From positions 10,593,483-10,657,482 of the forward strand of contig CM082582.2 in assembly GCA_040954595.2 (NCBI GenBank): a DNA stretch of 64,000 nucleotides, read 5' to 3'. Source of the stretch: Balanoglossus misakiensis. Its lineage: Eukaryota > Animalia > Hemichordata. This document shows, in pieces, positions 1-11,340 of the stretch. How positions within the stretch are numbered: the stretch's first letter is position 1; each line of letters opens with the position of its first letter. The notes under the pieces were generated by a model. The model worked only from the letters and a program-made list of their open reading frames with translations. It was not told the origin of the DNA and did no database searches. The position numbers were made by a program, and so were the translations under genes.

Positions 1-3000
1 GCCACTGACAGTACAGATGACTTCGTACTTCTGCTGTCTATGGTTTAAAGCGTCTACACTTATAATATCTGGACACTCAGCATCGCTAACTATACAACAT
101 GGTTTGGAAACTGTAACGTTTTAATGTCATTATTATCTAGACTCCGTGACAGTCTCGCTTGTGACAATACAATCACCACTTTTCACTAGTTTGCGAAACT
201 GCCGCCGTTTTAACACCCAAGGAGAAAAATAAGAACTCGTTTCGAAGAATGAAACGTTTATTTAATATGTATACTTGAGTCTGACGGTGATAAATCTAAA
301 TTAACGATATCTGCCTCGCCATTCAAAGTTTACCGCCGCGCCTGTCATTATCTCCATGACGACTGATGTAATGGATACGGAGATAACATCAAGTGTGCTC
401 TAGATAGGATGACTTAAAGCGATTCCTTTCACTATCTGTCAAGATCGCTCATCATTCCTCCAAATGTTTGCAGTTCTAGGCTTACGCAGACTTGCTGCCA
501 GGGAGTTCTCAGTCTCTCTCCGTTTCAAAAGAGCGAGAAATACGTGCGTGTGTAGAATGGATAATCGCGCGATTGAAACATAAAATCTAATAACCATGCA
601 TATTGAATGATGTGCTCGGAATATAAATTTCATTATTAATGTAAGTTATTGAAAACGTGCGGCGATATGTGCCTTGCCCTTCACCGGTGACGAAATTACA
701 AACGAACTGACTTTTGAAATGGTTGAAGTGCGGAAAATCTCTTCGTTATCTCGTGAGAACTTGGCAAAGTTTTGGTGGAAAACATGAAACATTTTAATGC
801 TTTCTGTTGAAGAAATAGCCCCCTCTTATGATGTTTACCTGCACGCCTTTCACGTGACCGCAGTTCGGATCTGAGCAGAGTCTCCAAGCCGGTGGCGTCG
901 ACGCTGGAGCAGATATTCTCTTCTTGAAACGATGTCACGATATCCAGGACAGCCATCGTGAAACTCTCGCTTTCGCAGGCATTCCTGATGAGATGCCGCG
1001 AGACGCAGTCAACATAGACCTGAAAAGACAGGATAGATCATATATAAATCACACGCGTTTTTTGTTGCCAATTTTGCCCCTCGGCGGGCTTGTTTTCTGC
1101 CATTCAAATCATTCTCCCTGATGCACACTCAACGCAGAAGGGACGACCACTATGGGAAAAGCCCAGTTTTTTTTTACAACCACCGTTGTATTCAACAAAT
1201 CATTTTCCATTAATTCAGAATATGTATACCGTATGAATTCTAGTTGTTTATGCAATCACAAGAGAGCGTTCAATTCTTACAGATCGACGAGTTGTAATAA
1301 TTTCCACTGGGGAGGATTTATCTGAGATTCTTTTCAACTTTTCAGGATTAGTGTTGAGTGACCGGGAATCGTGTTCGGATATTGTGGCGCATTCATTGAT
1401 TGCGAATTGCAGGGGCAGTGGTGCTCACAGCGCCACACGCGGCAGAACGTGTTAAACAAGAGGCAAAATCCCTTCACGTGTGGGGATCTGGTTTAATTTA
1501 GAAGTGGGTCAGGTTCTGTCCTGTTTTCTGGAATTTAGAAGCAGGCCAATAAACTCTAAGACCCCCTCCCCCCTTGGGCTACTGGTTGGCCTTCACCTAC
1601 ATGAAAGCGATGACGTCATGACGTGAGGCGAAACGGAACTGTTACCGGAAGTTCTCAAGGTGGTGCACTCCAATTGTGAAAATACTATAGAATTGAAATT
1701 CACATACTCGCGATTCTTGTGCATTGAGACGCCGCCCCTGCCAGCAACTAACAGTCATTTCCACCCACAGTGTGGAACGAAAACATTTTCCTCCACCAGA
1801 AATGCATCGCTGGACACATTTTCTACCAGCACCCACCCCTCCCCCGATAACATACGGTTCTTCCCTTGGTTTCTGTACGCTCTCATAAAGATATCTTACC
1901 TGTAAAGCGAGGCAGGCGCCTTCAGCGTCGTCACTCGTCAACCTGACCGCCTTGATGAAAGACACGCCGCACTGGTGAAGAGCCATGACGTCACACCCAA
2001 CCGAATGGGACGCTTCGAAGGGACCAAAGAAACCTTTAGTCGTGAGAAATTATGCGGCATCCGATGCAAGCCGAGCGTAGCCGATGGGAGCAGGGTTTTA
2101 TTGAGTGCCAGCAGAAGATTCGCAAGGATTGCAGAGAAAAACAGAAAGAGGTTGGCGATTAGAATAGTCATAGATTCAAGCAACATCACCACTTTCATAG
2201 CAAAACATACAATGAAGCTAGATAGCATATACCAATTTACCAAAGCTGGTCTATCTCTGATTTCTCTTAAGCTGAGAGCGCCCCCAAACAAGTGACTTTC
2301 GTCCACGTTTCTCCAAAGCAAGAGAAGGCTGATGAAACGCAGTGTGAAAGTGTTATTTTTGAAGAAAAAAGCAGAAGAATAGCGCTGCTTGCATTGAAAC
2401 ACTTTCAATTAAAATTCTATCGACACATTAACAAGAGTTTTCATGTGAAATATGACGTTTAATTCAGAACTTTCCGGTAAGAAATGATATTTTTCAAAGA
2501 TGGCCGCATTGCTGTTGATTATCGTAGCTCGCTTCCGATTCTGATTCTGTTCAATTCCATGTTTGTTCTCTTCCAGAACTTTGACACATTACACACTCCG
2601 TAAACTCACCAGCATTTCCCTCGGAGAGAAACTCCGTCTGGGAAACTTTCTTGTCGCCGTTTTTGTCGTAGACCTCCATGACAATTTGCACGTCTTCATT
2701 GGTCATAGTTGGGTTGTTCAACCTGTATTCATCCAAGGTGATGAATCCGTCCGAATCGGAATCTGTCTTCCTGAAAATCCGCAAATGACTGTCGTACGCG
2801 TTCGCAGTTTGTGAATGGTGCGTCTGTCTTCTTAGCCTGTGAATTTCAGTTGACGAGTAATTTTTGTCAGAAAATACCGAACAGTTAAAGCACAGGGGAA
2901 CTTCAAATTCTAGACTTGTTTCTTTTTATGCGTGTTACCATGAAACGAACCTAACTCAGGCAAAAATCCCCATTTGAAGGAAAGCGCTCTCTTAGATGTG

Positions 3001-3272
3001 AGCAAACAAAGTATTTGTAACAGGCGTTCAAAAGTCGCCGCTCACCTTAAATTGTCATCATCCCAAACTTGCTCGGCAGCGTCCATTGAGGTGTAGGGCA
3101 CTTCATCATGGCCGGTCACTTGGTCGGCCAACGATTGTATCCCCGCCGGAATTACCTGTGGGTCAAATAGGTCGAACTCGTCTCCGTTTGGTCTGGACCT
3201 GGCACACCCGGTAACCATGACTACAGCGCAGTACAGTAGCAGGACGCACGTGGATCGTCTGAAGCCCTGCAT
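1..3272 (-). CDS. Secreted RGM-like protein (RGM N-terminal domain plus start of vWD-like domain) with an N-terminal EF-hand pair; 3' part lies outside the window
   Basis: Predicted exons 3272-3046, 2836-2610, 2033-1900, 1019-839, 89-<1, all GT-AG and phase-compatible (2,1,0,1). Spliced product: MQGFRRSTCVLLLYCAVVMVTGCARS (signal-like) ... NLRLRR ... DSDSDGFITLDE and DKNGDKKVSQTE (canonical EF loops) ... GCDVMALHQC...SDDAEGACLALQVYVDC...NAC...AVLDIVTSFQEENICS (six-Cys pattern like RGM_N) ... RSRERRA ... ECP...YEVICTVSG, ending where the vWD GDPH motif is expected. The acceptor at 2034-2035 (aag) is weak. Confidence 0.65.
2610..2836 (-). CDS. Exon encoding two EF-hand Ca2+-binding motifs
   Basis: FRKTDSDSDGFITLDEY and YDKNGDKKVSQTEF match DxDxDG/DxNxDx...E loops. 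Acceptor ttcacag at 2837-2838. Strong donor G|GTGAGT at 2609-2608; if it is not used, the frame stops at 2551. Confidence 0.85.
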
Positions 3273-5283
3273 TATATTGACCTGTGACACAGACAGAAAC
3301 AATGCGGTGAAATTGGGTTAGCGTTTTGTGTGGTGTGTGTGAGACTCATTGGCCGCTGCTCTACCAACATGTCGTGCGTGTGTACGTCACCAGCACGTCA
3401 TGTCTCTGCGTCTACCTGTTGCCCGCGACGGAAGTCCGTGAGTCGAGCATTGTCTACGCAAGAACCAGCTTGGGGTTGGGGAAGGTTTCAACAACAGTCG
3501 TAGGGTGACTGACGTACAGAAATGTAAACTTTGGTCCATGTTTGGTCATACAATTCGGGTTATTTTAAAAGAGAAATAGTCTTAATATTTGATAGACAGT
3601 ATAGTGTATTGCGTCTTGTTGTCGACTGCCTCGGCGGTGGATGACGTAAGCAAACCTTTTTTTTTGTCCCCACAGGTTGTACGTTCCCACGATTGTCACA
3701 AATCCGGGTTAATCAGATTTCCCTCTTAACCCACAAGTTGAGAAAAAACAGAGCCTGCCTTATATCTTTACAACTACTCGTGATTTAGAAATGCGCGGCG
3801 ATACAGTCACGTAAAATTCCCAAGCAGTAATAATCGTTTCTTCGGATCACGATTTACTAAACTTTCATAAGCCTACAATGGGCTCTGTACAGCATTGCTT
3901 CCTGTTACCTACAATTTCTCTGATCAAAATTAATATTTTCTCCAATTCGTGGTGTCGTTTACACACGCGTTGCATCAGCGATTCGTAACATAAGTATTTG
4001 TTTGGACCGGGGGAGAGAGTTCTAGTTTAAACCAGAAATTCCACCAGGCCCATACTAGCGACAGTTGTTAAACATCTGGATTTTAAAAATGTCGTGCGGA
4101 ATGAATTTCATAAAATATGTCGACGTCTTTCCGAACGTTCCGTTGCTAGGATACGTGGGTGTGCATTCTCCGCACGCGACTGAAGATTTGGAGGTCGTCT
4201 CGAAAAAAGTATAGAAATGCGCCCAGTTTCTATCCCTGGGCAAACATATTCCGTTTGGCGGCTGCTCTCGCTGTTTGACAAAGAAATACATCTTATGCAA
4301 GACAAAATCCCCGGGTAGTGACCGTTATGTGTACACGGGGCTATTTGATAAGTTCCCAGTCATGATTAGGACGGACACAAATTCCGTCGGTTCGTAAATA
4401 TTGTCGGGATACTCAGACCAGGGTCGTTTTTTTTTCTCTCAATCGCGTCTTTGCATGCAAGCACCTGCCCCGGTGGTCGTCGAAATCCGAGGCAGGCACG
4501 CGAACAACAAAACGTGAACGGCGTCACAAGCGCTAGTTTTATAGTTTACAAAGTCACTGCACAGCAAACGATGTCGAAGGATTATCTAATTTAATGAGAG
4601 CGTGAGAAGGTCCTTGGGTTACCTGGCACTTTCTAAGAGTCACCCAGGAAAACAATATCAGAACACACATGTACATCATGGCCTTGTGTGTGTGGCTATT
4701 AGCCTTTTTTTCACTGCAGCCAAATGCAATAGGCACACTAACACCACTCCAATGAATGCCAACCCCTAACTTTGTTAAGCGTAATTTCCGTTTTCTTTTC
4801 ATTTTATTTCTGAGCGTAATTCTTTTATAGCTGTAAAATTTCAAAGGAAATGCTCAGAAGTCCTTCAGTTGGCCTTACGTGATTAGAATTTATAGGGAAA
4901 TAGGACTCAAGAAGGCGAACGGGTGGGATTACTCCGCCGTCTTGGCGGCCAAATTTCCCGCGGGAAATTTCAGACAAACTTTTCAATACCTTCAAAAAGG
5001 TTAATCAGTTTTACGTACTTTAATCCGGTCTTTAATCTGACGACACATTTTAATAAATTAGTCACCCACGCCGCAAATTGGGCCACCCATAAACCAACAG
5101 AAAAGGGGGTTCTATTCAAGCAAATTAATTGGAAAAAACAACAGATCGATAGATTCGTAACAACTTTTCTCAGAAAATCTTTCAAATGGTTGATGTTTAT
5201 GGCATGGACATAAACTTGCTAATACCGATTTCAATTTAAAATCTGTGTAATACAAATGAGATTACGTTGCGTAGAAAACTCAC

Positions 5284-5629
5284 CTGTTAGAACGATGATG
5301 GTCCGAACTTGATTGCTATATGTACTTACGAAGTCTGCAAATCCGAAGAGGAGTTTACGTTTTTTAAACTTTCCAGTTAGAGCCTACACTCCACTCCCGT
5401 AGTTTTGGCAACTGGTCAGAAAAAAACAAGATTTTCCGAATTTGGCGATGATTGTCAGCTTGTCAGTACGCCCGTAATATTTTTTGCCGACTTGTCAGAA
5501 TCAACGCGTGTGTTTTCACAACGAAATTCAGTCCAAATAGTCGATCTCGACGAATTGGCGTCTCTGTGTGGCTGGATCGGTGAACCGAGATGAATTCCTT
5601 GGCGAGACCGTCAGGGCTTGACTTTTATA
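5284..5629 (-). promoter_or_regulatory. Candidate TATA box and non-coding first exon of the EF-hand/RGM-like gene
   Basis: TATAAAA on the minus strand at 5629-5623, then donor CAG|GTGAGT at 5284/5283. The first coding exon has its own acceptor at 3282-3283, so an upstream UTR exon is needed. Confidence 0.4.
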
Positions 5630-8557
5630 CGTTCTGAATCGACGTGAGGCACTCACGCTGTTTTCCTTCTTATCGTAAAACTGCGTCAACGTCCCCTCAT
5701 TTTCTTGCGTGACAGAGTTTATCAGCTGATTAAAGATTCACGAGCATTCCCCCGAAAACTGACAGTTCGCGAGATCGGCTCAGGGTACGACCCCGGAAGT
5801 GCTCCGCCTACTGGGAAGGGGGGGTGGGGAGTTGCAGGAAATGTTTTCGAATTCGTACTGGTGGCGGCCTCAGTGTGAAGCGTGCGTTTCAAAGGGACAG
5901 TTTTGAGTCAGGATAATTTGGTAAGAGTAGAATGACCCCACCAACGCGTCATCCGATTTAACCGGTGATCTTCGAGGAGAAACAACATAGAAAACGGCGC
6001 TGTCACTAGTTGCCCCCCCCCCGATATTTTACAACGAAGCAGCCCTTAGAGAAGTGTGTTGTGAATTACGTCACAGCATAAACCCTCGCTGTGGTCACGG
6101 TAATTGCCGTTACAACTTCGAACATGCACGTAATGTGTACTAAAGTTTAACAACATCGTGAATGGAACCATACAACTTAAAGGCCGGTAGCGGTTTTTTT
6201 TAATACCGAGGGCTTCCTTCCGTCGTATTATGTATTTATTAAAAATCGAATATTCCAGTTGTCATTGTGAACTAGAAACAATCACACACGTACAGTAATT
6301 CCGTAATTGTTTTTTTTTACGAACGCAGTTGTTGCATGGTGTGGGTAGGTTCTATCAAGTGACATTCGATAGTGTCCTTTTGTCCGGTTTGGACGTAAAA
6401 AATGTAAACGAATAACTTCAAGTTCTTAGTCTCGAGGGAATAAATTATCGGGATTTGGTAGTATCTGCATAACAAGGGTTTTATCGACCAAGAACAACGC
6501 GTGTGTGGACAACGCACCTGCATTCATCGGCCGTTGCCCTTTGTTCGGAACTTCAGCACCGGAACGCGGGACGCCCGTACCGTGGGTCAAGCAACGCATC
6601 GCCCCGGTGACAAATACCAGTCTGGTCGGACAGCGCTAAAAGGTCTCATTGTGAGAGAGCTTCCTTCAACAAATTTATATCCGATATTAGCAACCCTGTT
6701 TTTGTATTTCGGATTAGGTATATTGTGTATTTTGATAGAGGAACACCGACAAATCTTGTATTGTACTTGTAAAACTTCCAGCTAGCACTTCCGAGGAAGT
6801 TTCCATCGGATGTTGATTTACCTATAACTGACGTTGATTTTTTTTAAATCCCCTTTCACTCATTTAACTACAGGTGTTTATTCCCTGTCCTTCGAAGGAG
6901 GAGTTGGGCAAAAGTTCAGCAAACTTTGGGGCAATTCGTCTCGCCTTCATCCCTTTTCTACTATCGATTGCCTTTGATGAGGTTAATTGGGTCGTGTTTT
7001 TTTCCTTTGCAGTAAAGGCGTTTCTCCATTTACTTCGTAATAATTCCTTCAGTGTGCAGATAATTTGATTTATCACAATTCAATAAGTGCAGTCCCTGTG
7101 CTGTTTTTAGATTTTTTAAAGAATTTGTCCAATTTGACGAGGTTGAACGACGTACAGCTTTGTAAGCGACACATCTATTCACGGTCGAGATCGGTTGTCA
7201 TGTCACGTGAGAGCCAAACAAAACCTTCTTTCGGAAATTGCATGCGGTATAAACGAATTTTATTACGCGGTCCACACTCGAAGTAAGATGCGTACATTGG
7301 CATGCGTAAGTCGACGGGTGATAGTCCCAGGGTGATGCGAAACATTCCCGGTGCGAGGAGCGTTTTCCAGGAATCGCTGCGCTCTCCTCGCGATCTTACG
7401 AGTTCCCTGACGTTATTGGCCCACTTGGCTGCGCTGGTGTGACGTACGCTCGCCTCTCTCAGCGTCTGTTTGTGAAAAACGATCTGTTTACTCAGCCTCC
7501 GACCTTACGCCAAGAAATCATCGGCAACGAAGTCGTGACACGTTATCCCGCGCCTGCGTCTGAGATGCCACCACCCTCTCCCCTGGCTTCCATCAAAAAT
7601 AGCACATGGCCCTGTCGTAATGGAATAAAGATTTGATCCAAACAGGCTCGAAAAACGATTTCCGATCGCTTTTTATTGGTAAACGAATTGCCGTCGCTCG
7701 TTCCTAAATGTACACGGCCTCGACCCGATTTGAACTTCAATGGAACGCGCAAGTTCGATAGTTCAGATATCAGAGTGCAGGGTGACCTTGAATTCAGCTC
7801 AAAAATGAAGTTCTCGGCTCATCGACGTACAAGCTATAATGTGAACCGTTACCAATCTTGAATTTGTACTTTTCTAAAATTGGAGACAAAAATACAAAGA
7901 AAGAAGTGATAGAAATATTAATCATGGTGACGATTTCGTCCTTTTGTCACGACGTAACTTACGGAAGAGGAAATTCGGAGTAAAGCTGTCGGAAATTGAT
8001 TTCCTACGTTTATTAGATAAACGCACGTAAATCAAGGTCTATAGCCATCGAACCCTTACGGTCCTTGTTGACCTTGTATGCCAGTCTTTGTCAAGAACCC
8101 CGCTCTACTTGTACCAAAATGTAATTACTTAATTCGCTTTCTTTGAGAGTGCCTCCTTCCGCTCTTTTATTTAGGGCGTGGAGGAAATCTTGGACCGGAT
8201 CGGACAGGATCATAAAAATTTGATTAAAAGTAGCGATCATGTTATGATCGGAGATAAAGATCGCTGTCGAGTAAAAGTGACCTTCGGAGAAATGCTAAAA
8301 AGCCTGAAGAGTTTGGAATTGGAAAGGATAGGCTATTTAATGTAAGTCTTAAAGAGAGATCAAAAACAACACTGCGAAATACGATCCACTATCTTTCTCT
8401 AAACATTTATAATAGCGTCTTTCAATCTTTGTATCTTACCTTGAATTAATTCGCTTATGCATGTGTACTATTATTGAAAATTTTATCCCCATCTCACAGC
8501 AAGTCTCCTCATTTTTCGGTCCGTCCGCCTGACTGTCTAACCATTTTCTACATAACT

Positions 8558-8680
8558 GTCAATCAATCAAACAATCACTTAATCAAACAATCAGTCAATC
8601 AATCAATCAAACAACCAACCAACAAATCCGTTTAAAGATCAATCAGTTAGCCTGTCGATCAGTCTTAGTCAGTCAGTCAA
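8558..8680. repeat. Degenerate (CAAT/CAGT/CAAC)n simple repeat
   Basis: gtcaatcaatcaaacaatc...caatcaatcaatcaaacaaccaacc...agtcagtcagtcaa. Confidence 0.6.
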
Positions 8681-9537
8681 CCTCTGCAGTTATCATCCTC
8701 AATTCTCAAGTTTACGTCTGTTATGTTTCGAAGGGGAACAAATTTAGAGGCACCGGTTTTCGCATAAATTCTTGTTGAAATTGACCACTTAAGAGATGTA
8801 AGATCTTAGCAGCAAAGAGAATCGGTAGCATAGTAGCATAACCTCAAAGGTCTCATTCCACAAAGGTCAATAAACCGTCCTTGGAAAACAAAATCCAATA
8901 ATACGGATCTCGAAGTGTGCTTCTATAACCTTATGAATTCCTGTGGTCCGCATTTGGCACATAGTACCACTACTGTATACCAAACGGTCCAGTTATTGTT
9001 TACAAACCGCATCCCCCAAATTTTAAGAATATTGCGCGCGTTTGGTGGGAAATAAAATAACGTCACCGGAATGTAAACATCCTCAGCTGGTGCGGCTTTC
9101 GCCTTCAGATTTTCTATCACTCGCGTCTGACCAAATGTAGTTCAAATTATATATTATTTACCGTTAGAAAAGTACCACTTGTTGCCCAGTATGACGCGTG
9201 CGTTTGCTTTTATCTTCCATGTTGGAGAGATTCAGATATAGTAAGCAATAACGTCATGATACTAAGTTCTGCTGCTGAGACCGACCTACACGGCGTTTGT
9301 GGTCTTCTAAATATGCTCGTAATCCACAGCCTTGGGATTCCTGTAGACCCCGGGCGGTTTATGTTTCGCTGGCGTGATGTAGGACCGCACACGACACGTG
9401 TAAGATGACCATCACACCCTGCCTCCGAACATTGAATGGCTCAAAGCATTATAAAAGTAATGCGCGAAACGTGCGTGTACAGAACACTGGTCAAATCTCG
9501 ATATTCAATAATCAATAAGTGATTTTTCTCACAAATT

Positions 9538-9587
9538 TCATCATCATCATCATCATCACCACCACCACCACCACCACCACCACCACC
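9538..9587. repeat. Compound trinucleotide microsatellite (CAT)n(CAC)n
   Basis: Directly visible; it produces the spurious poly-G/D and poly-V/M ORFs in the track. Confidence 0.9.
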
Positions 9588-10590
9588 TTCACCGCAACCA
9601 CCATCGTTTTGTTGCCAATGATTTGCGGCTTGTGTGAAGGCCAACTCTGAAATCGCCGAAGTTCAGCACAGACTCCATGGAACAGACCAACCACATGGTT
9701 GTTTAGTTATGAACACACACAGACTACAAAGGGAAACAATAGTAAAGCAGCAGCAGCCGGTCTGGCAAGCCCAGAATGCATTCTCACTAGCTGAAGACTA
9801 TTTATAAGTTGGTACGATATATACCTTGCAATTTACAAACCAAGTTGAGAATAATGTCCGACTGAAGTCGACTTTCACCGGGAGATGAACTTCAGAATTA
9901 CGTTATATTTTGAAGTTCAATAAACAGACTCCTCTCTGCTCCAACTTGGTTCCAAACCAGAGAGGGCGTGCATGTGTGTGCAGTCACATTAATTTTAATG
10001 ATGACGTGCCTACCATCACGTGGACGCCCACCGGTTGTGTTGCATATTGTTATCCGGCATTGTTATTAACCAGTACCATATCGTCTGCGCGTTTTCATTG
10101 TTTACTTTTTATATCGACGCAATAACAGCTCTTGATTTTTTGGTATATTTCGGAGAAATTCTGTGACAGGCTGTGATAGTGGACACTCGCTGGTATTCAT
10201 GGCTAAAATTTGTCGCAGCGACGAAATTGGACTTCGAACTAGTCTTCCAGAGTGTATGTAATAGTTAGACCCTAAACCCTGTCATTTAATCGGACTACGT
10301 CGATATTTAGAGCGTTTTATTTAATTGCCAATTACGTGCTTCGTCGCTCAACAAGGACCGGTAAACGAGAGTATCTCTACCACTCCTGTTGTTTTGCGAG
10401 TTCGGGACTGATCTACCAGCTGAATTATAAAATGTACCACCACCTGTTGGGTTTGGAGCCGGGTGGCACATAAGCGGATCGTTGTTAATATTTGCACGCA
10501 TCGGGACTGAATGTATAGCCGACAGATATCTTTTGTATCTGTGGACATCTAGTTCGTTGTTCCAAAGGTGGGCGTGTGGCTGCCAGGGAC

Positions 10591-10781
10591 ATGGCGGGCA
10601 GCACGGAATACACTGTTCTACCGATGCCATCACAGGAGGGATCGATCAATCGACGGACGCCAACTTCGATTCTTGATCGAGTCACATCAGACGATGTCGA
10701 GGTGGAAGTCAGGCGGGGTAGAAGGGCTGGACCCAGATCTCGCAAACCACGTGGATTGATCCAGCCGTATGTTTTGAAAAG
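10591..10781 (+). CDS. Candidate alternative first coding exon (1a) of the ATP9B-like gene
   Basis: gacATGG start, 63 open codons (MAGSTEYTVLPMPSQ...QPYVLK), donor AG|GTAATA in phase 2, matching the phase-2 acceptor of the exon at 15549. Confidence 0.5.
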
Positions 10782-11114
10782 GTAATAATAATAACGCAGT
10801 AGTTGCTAGACGTGCGCAAAGGCGTATGCGCGAGTCGAGGCTGGCCTAGTTACAATGCCAGAATCTGTCAATTTTACATAGATTGAAGGACTCCCCGTGT
10901 CACAGGGTCAGGGTTTGATTCATACATAGATAGGCTGGTAACAGATAAAGAATATTGACATTGAACTCAGATCTCTCTATATATTTAACATTGTGTCCAT
11001 CACATCATACATGTACTAGTAGTTAGTTTGTGCATACACATTAAATTATTTATTATAAAGTAAAACAAAGGCAAGCACATTTGCGCTTTAACTGCTTCTA
11101 GCCTTATTCTCAGG

Positions 11115-11204
11115 TCATTCATTCATTCATTCATTCATTCATTCATTCATTCATTCATTCATTCATTCATTCATTCATTCATTCATTCATTCATTCATTC
11201 ATTC
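11115..11204. repeat. (ATTC)n microsatellite, about 22 units
   Basis: Perfect tetranucleotide run between the two candidate ATP9B first exons. Confidence 0.95.
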
Positions 11205-11303
11205 GAGAACTGAAAGTCACGCGATAATGACTGGGATAAAATGCGATAAAGATCAGTGCGTGCGTCCACATATCAAATGACTAGGCCATGATTCATTCGA
11301 GAA

Positions 11304-11321
11304 AGCGCCCCCTAGTGTTGG
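11304..11321. promoter_or_regulatory. CTCF-like motif immediately upstream of ATP9B exon 1b
   Basis: AGCGCCCCCTAGTGTTGG matches the CTCF core GCGCCCCCTAGTGG at 13 of 14 positions; a weaker similar motif GCGCCCTCTGTGG occurs near 12910. Confidence 0.4.
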
Positions 11322-11340
11322 TGTTTTGATCAATTTAATG

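Noticed and set aside
1938-2408. 156-aa hydrophobic ORF as the signal-peptide exon of the RGM-like gene
   Set aside because: It is out of frame with the Cys-rich exon and I found no suitable donor linking them; the upstream EF-hand exon supplies the right phase.
6552-6637. REST/RE1 half-sites TTCAGCACC and GGACAGCGC
   Set aside because: The halves are over 60 bp apart rather than adjacent; likely chance.
9441-9694. Poly-Gly/Asp and poly-Val/Met ORFs
   Set aside because: Translations of the (CAT)n(CAC)n microsatellite.
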